This document shows, one piece after another, positions 63,387 to 64,000 of a DNA stretch of 64,000 nucleotides; position 1 is the stretch's first letter, and each line of letters begins with the position of its first letter. Position numbers and translations under genes: made by a program. The notes below the pieces were generated by a model. It ran no database searches and was not told the DNA's origin. It was given only the letters and a program-made list of their open reading frames with translations. The DNA is taken from contig NMRA01000157.1 of the NCBI GenBank assembly GCA_002633005.1, positions 122,331 through 186,330 of the forward strand, written 5' to 3'. The DNA comes from Phoronis australis. Taxonomy: Eukaryota; Animalia; Phoronida.

Positions 63387-64000
63387 AGTCCTTCTCTCAC
63401 GCGTTGTTAACCCTTATTACATGGTTAGAAGATGTTATAAGGATCCAAGAAGTACCTACCCTATAACTAATACACGATCCGTACTCGAAAAAAGTTTAAA
63501 TGAACGCGCCACTCACGATTCGCACCTGAAGAACCACCGCCATTTTGAACTTGCCGCGAACCCGGAAGTACAATTCATTCAGGAACCCAGGCCGAGAAAA
63601 CGCCGTCAGTGCGACTGGAGCAGTGCCTGTACTGTTACCAGCCAGCAAACGGGGATAAAATAATCTACAGCACGCCTTAATTTTAATAAAATCAAAATAC
63701 GGACAATGTCATCGAATTTGCTGAAGAAATGCGGCGAATAAATTTTGACAGAAATTATTTTGCCAGACTCGGGACCGTAGCCTATCGGACCCGGTGCGGA
63801 TCGAGACCAGACACTGGCGAACGGTAAATGCATGCGGTTGCAAGCTGTTTTGTCGAAGTAAAATAGTCAAATCATAAATGCTGCATATATTCAAGGGTAG
63901 TTTCAGACACTTGCATGAAATTACGGGCTGGTTAGTCCTGTGTCACACTGCCGCGGCAGACCTTAGTTAGCCTCAGTCACCAGCTACCAGTGAAGACTAT
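63387..64000 (-). mobile_element. Kolobok-type element, third copy, inverted and running off the window
   Basis: TTAA|AGTCCTTCTCTCACGCG, the reverse complement of about 53195-53808. Confidence 0.9.

Overview
AT-rich eukaryotic (animal, probably marine invertebrate) genomic DNA made mostly of decayed and nested transposable elements, with one assembly gap (16565-16822). The only host gene I can support is a minus-strand, intron-containing ATP-grasp ligase (carnosine-synthase-like). Four exons at 47238-39590 splice into one open frame, but I did not find the first exon. The main finding is a 4.9-kb Ty3/gypsy-type LTR element at 56358-61277. It has TG...CA LTRs, a CTTC target-site duplication (TSD), a tRNA-Ser primer-binding site (PBS) and a polypurine tract (PPT). 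It encodes Gag, then an in-phase T TTA AAC -1 frameshift site leading into a second ORF. That ORF has no protease, RT, RNase H or integrase motifs and ends in a TatD nuclease domain with its metal-binding residues intact, so TatD occupies the position of pol. The element sits inside ORF1 of a full-length RTE-X-like LINE. The LINE also carries Kolobok-type and Helitron-type insertions and appears to have split an older MITE. Most short ORFs in the supplied track are spurious. All alignments and domain calls were made by eye.
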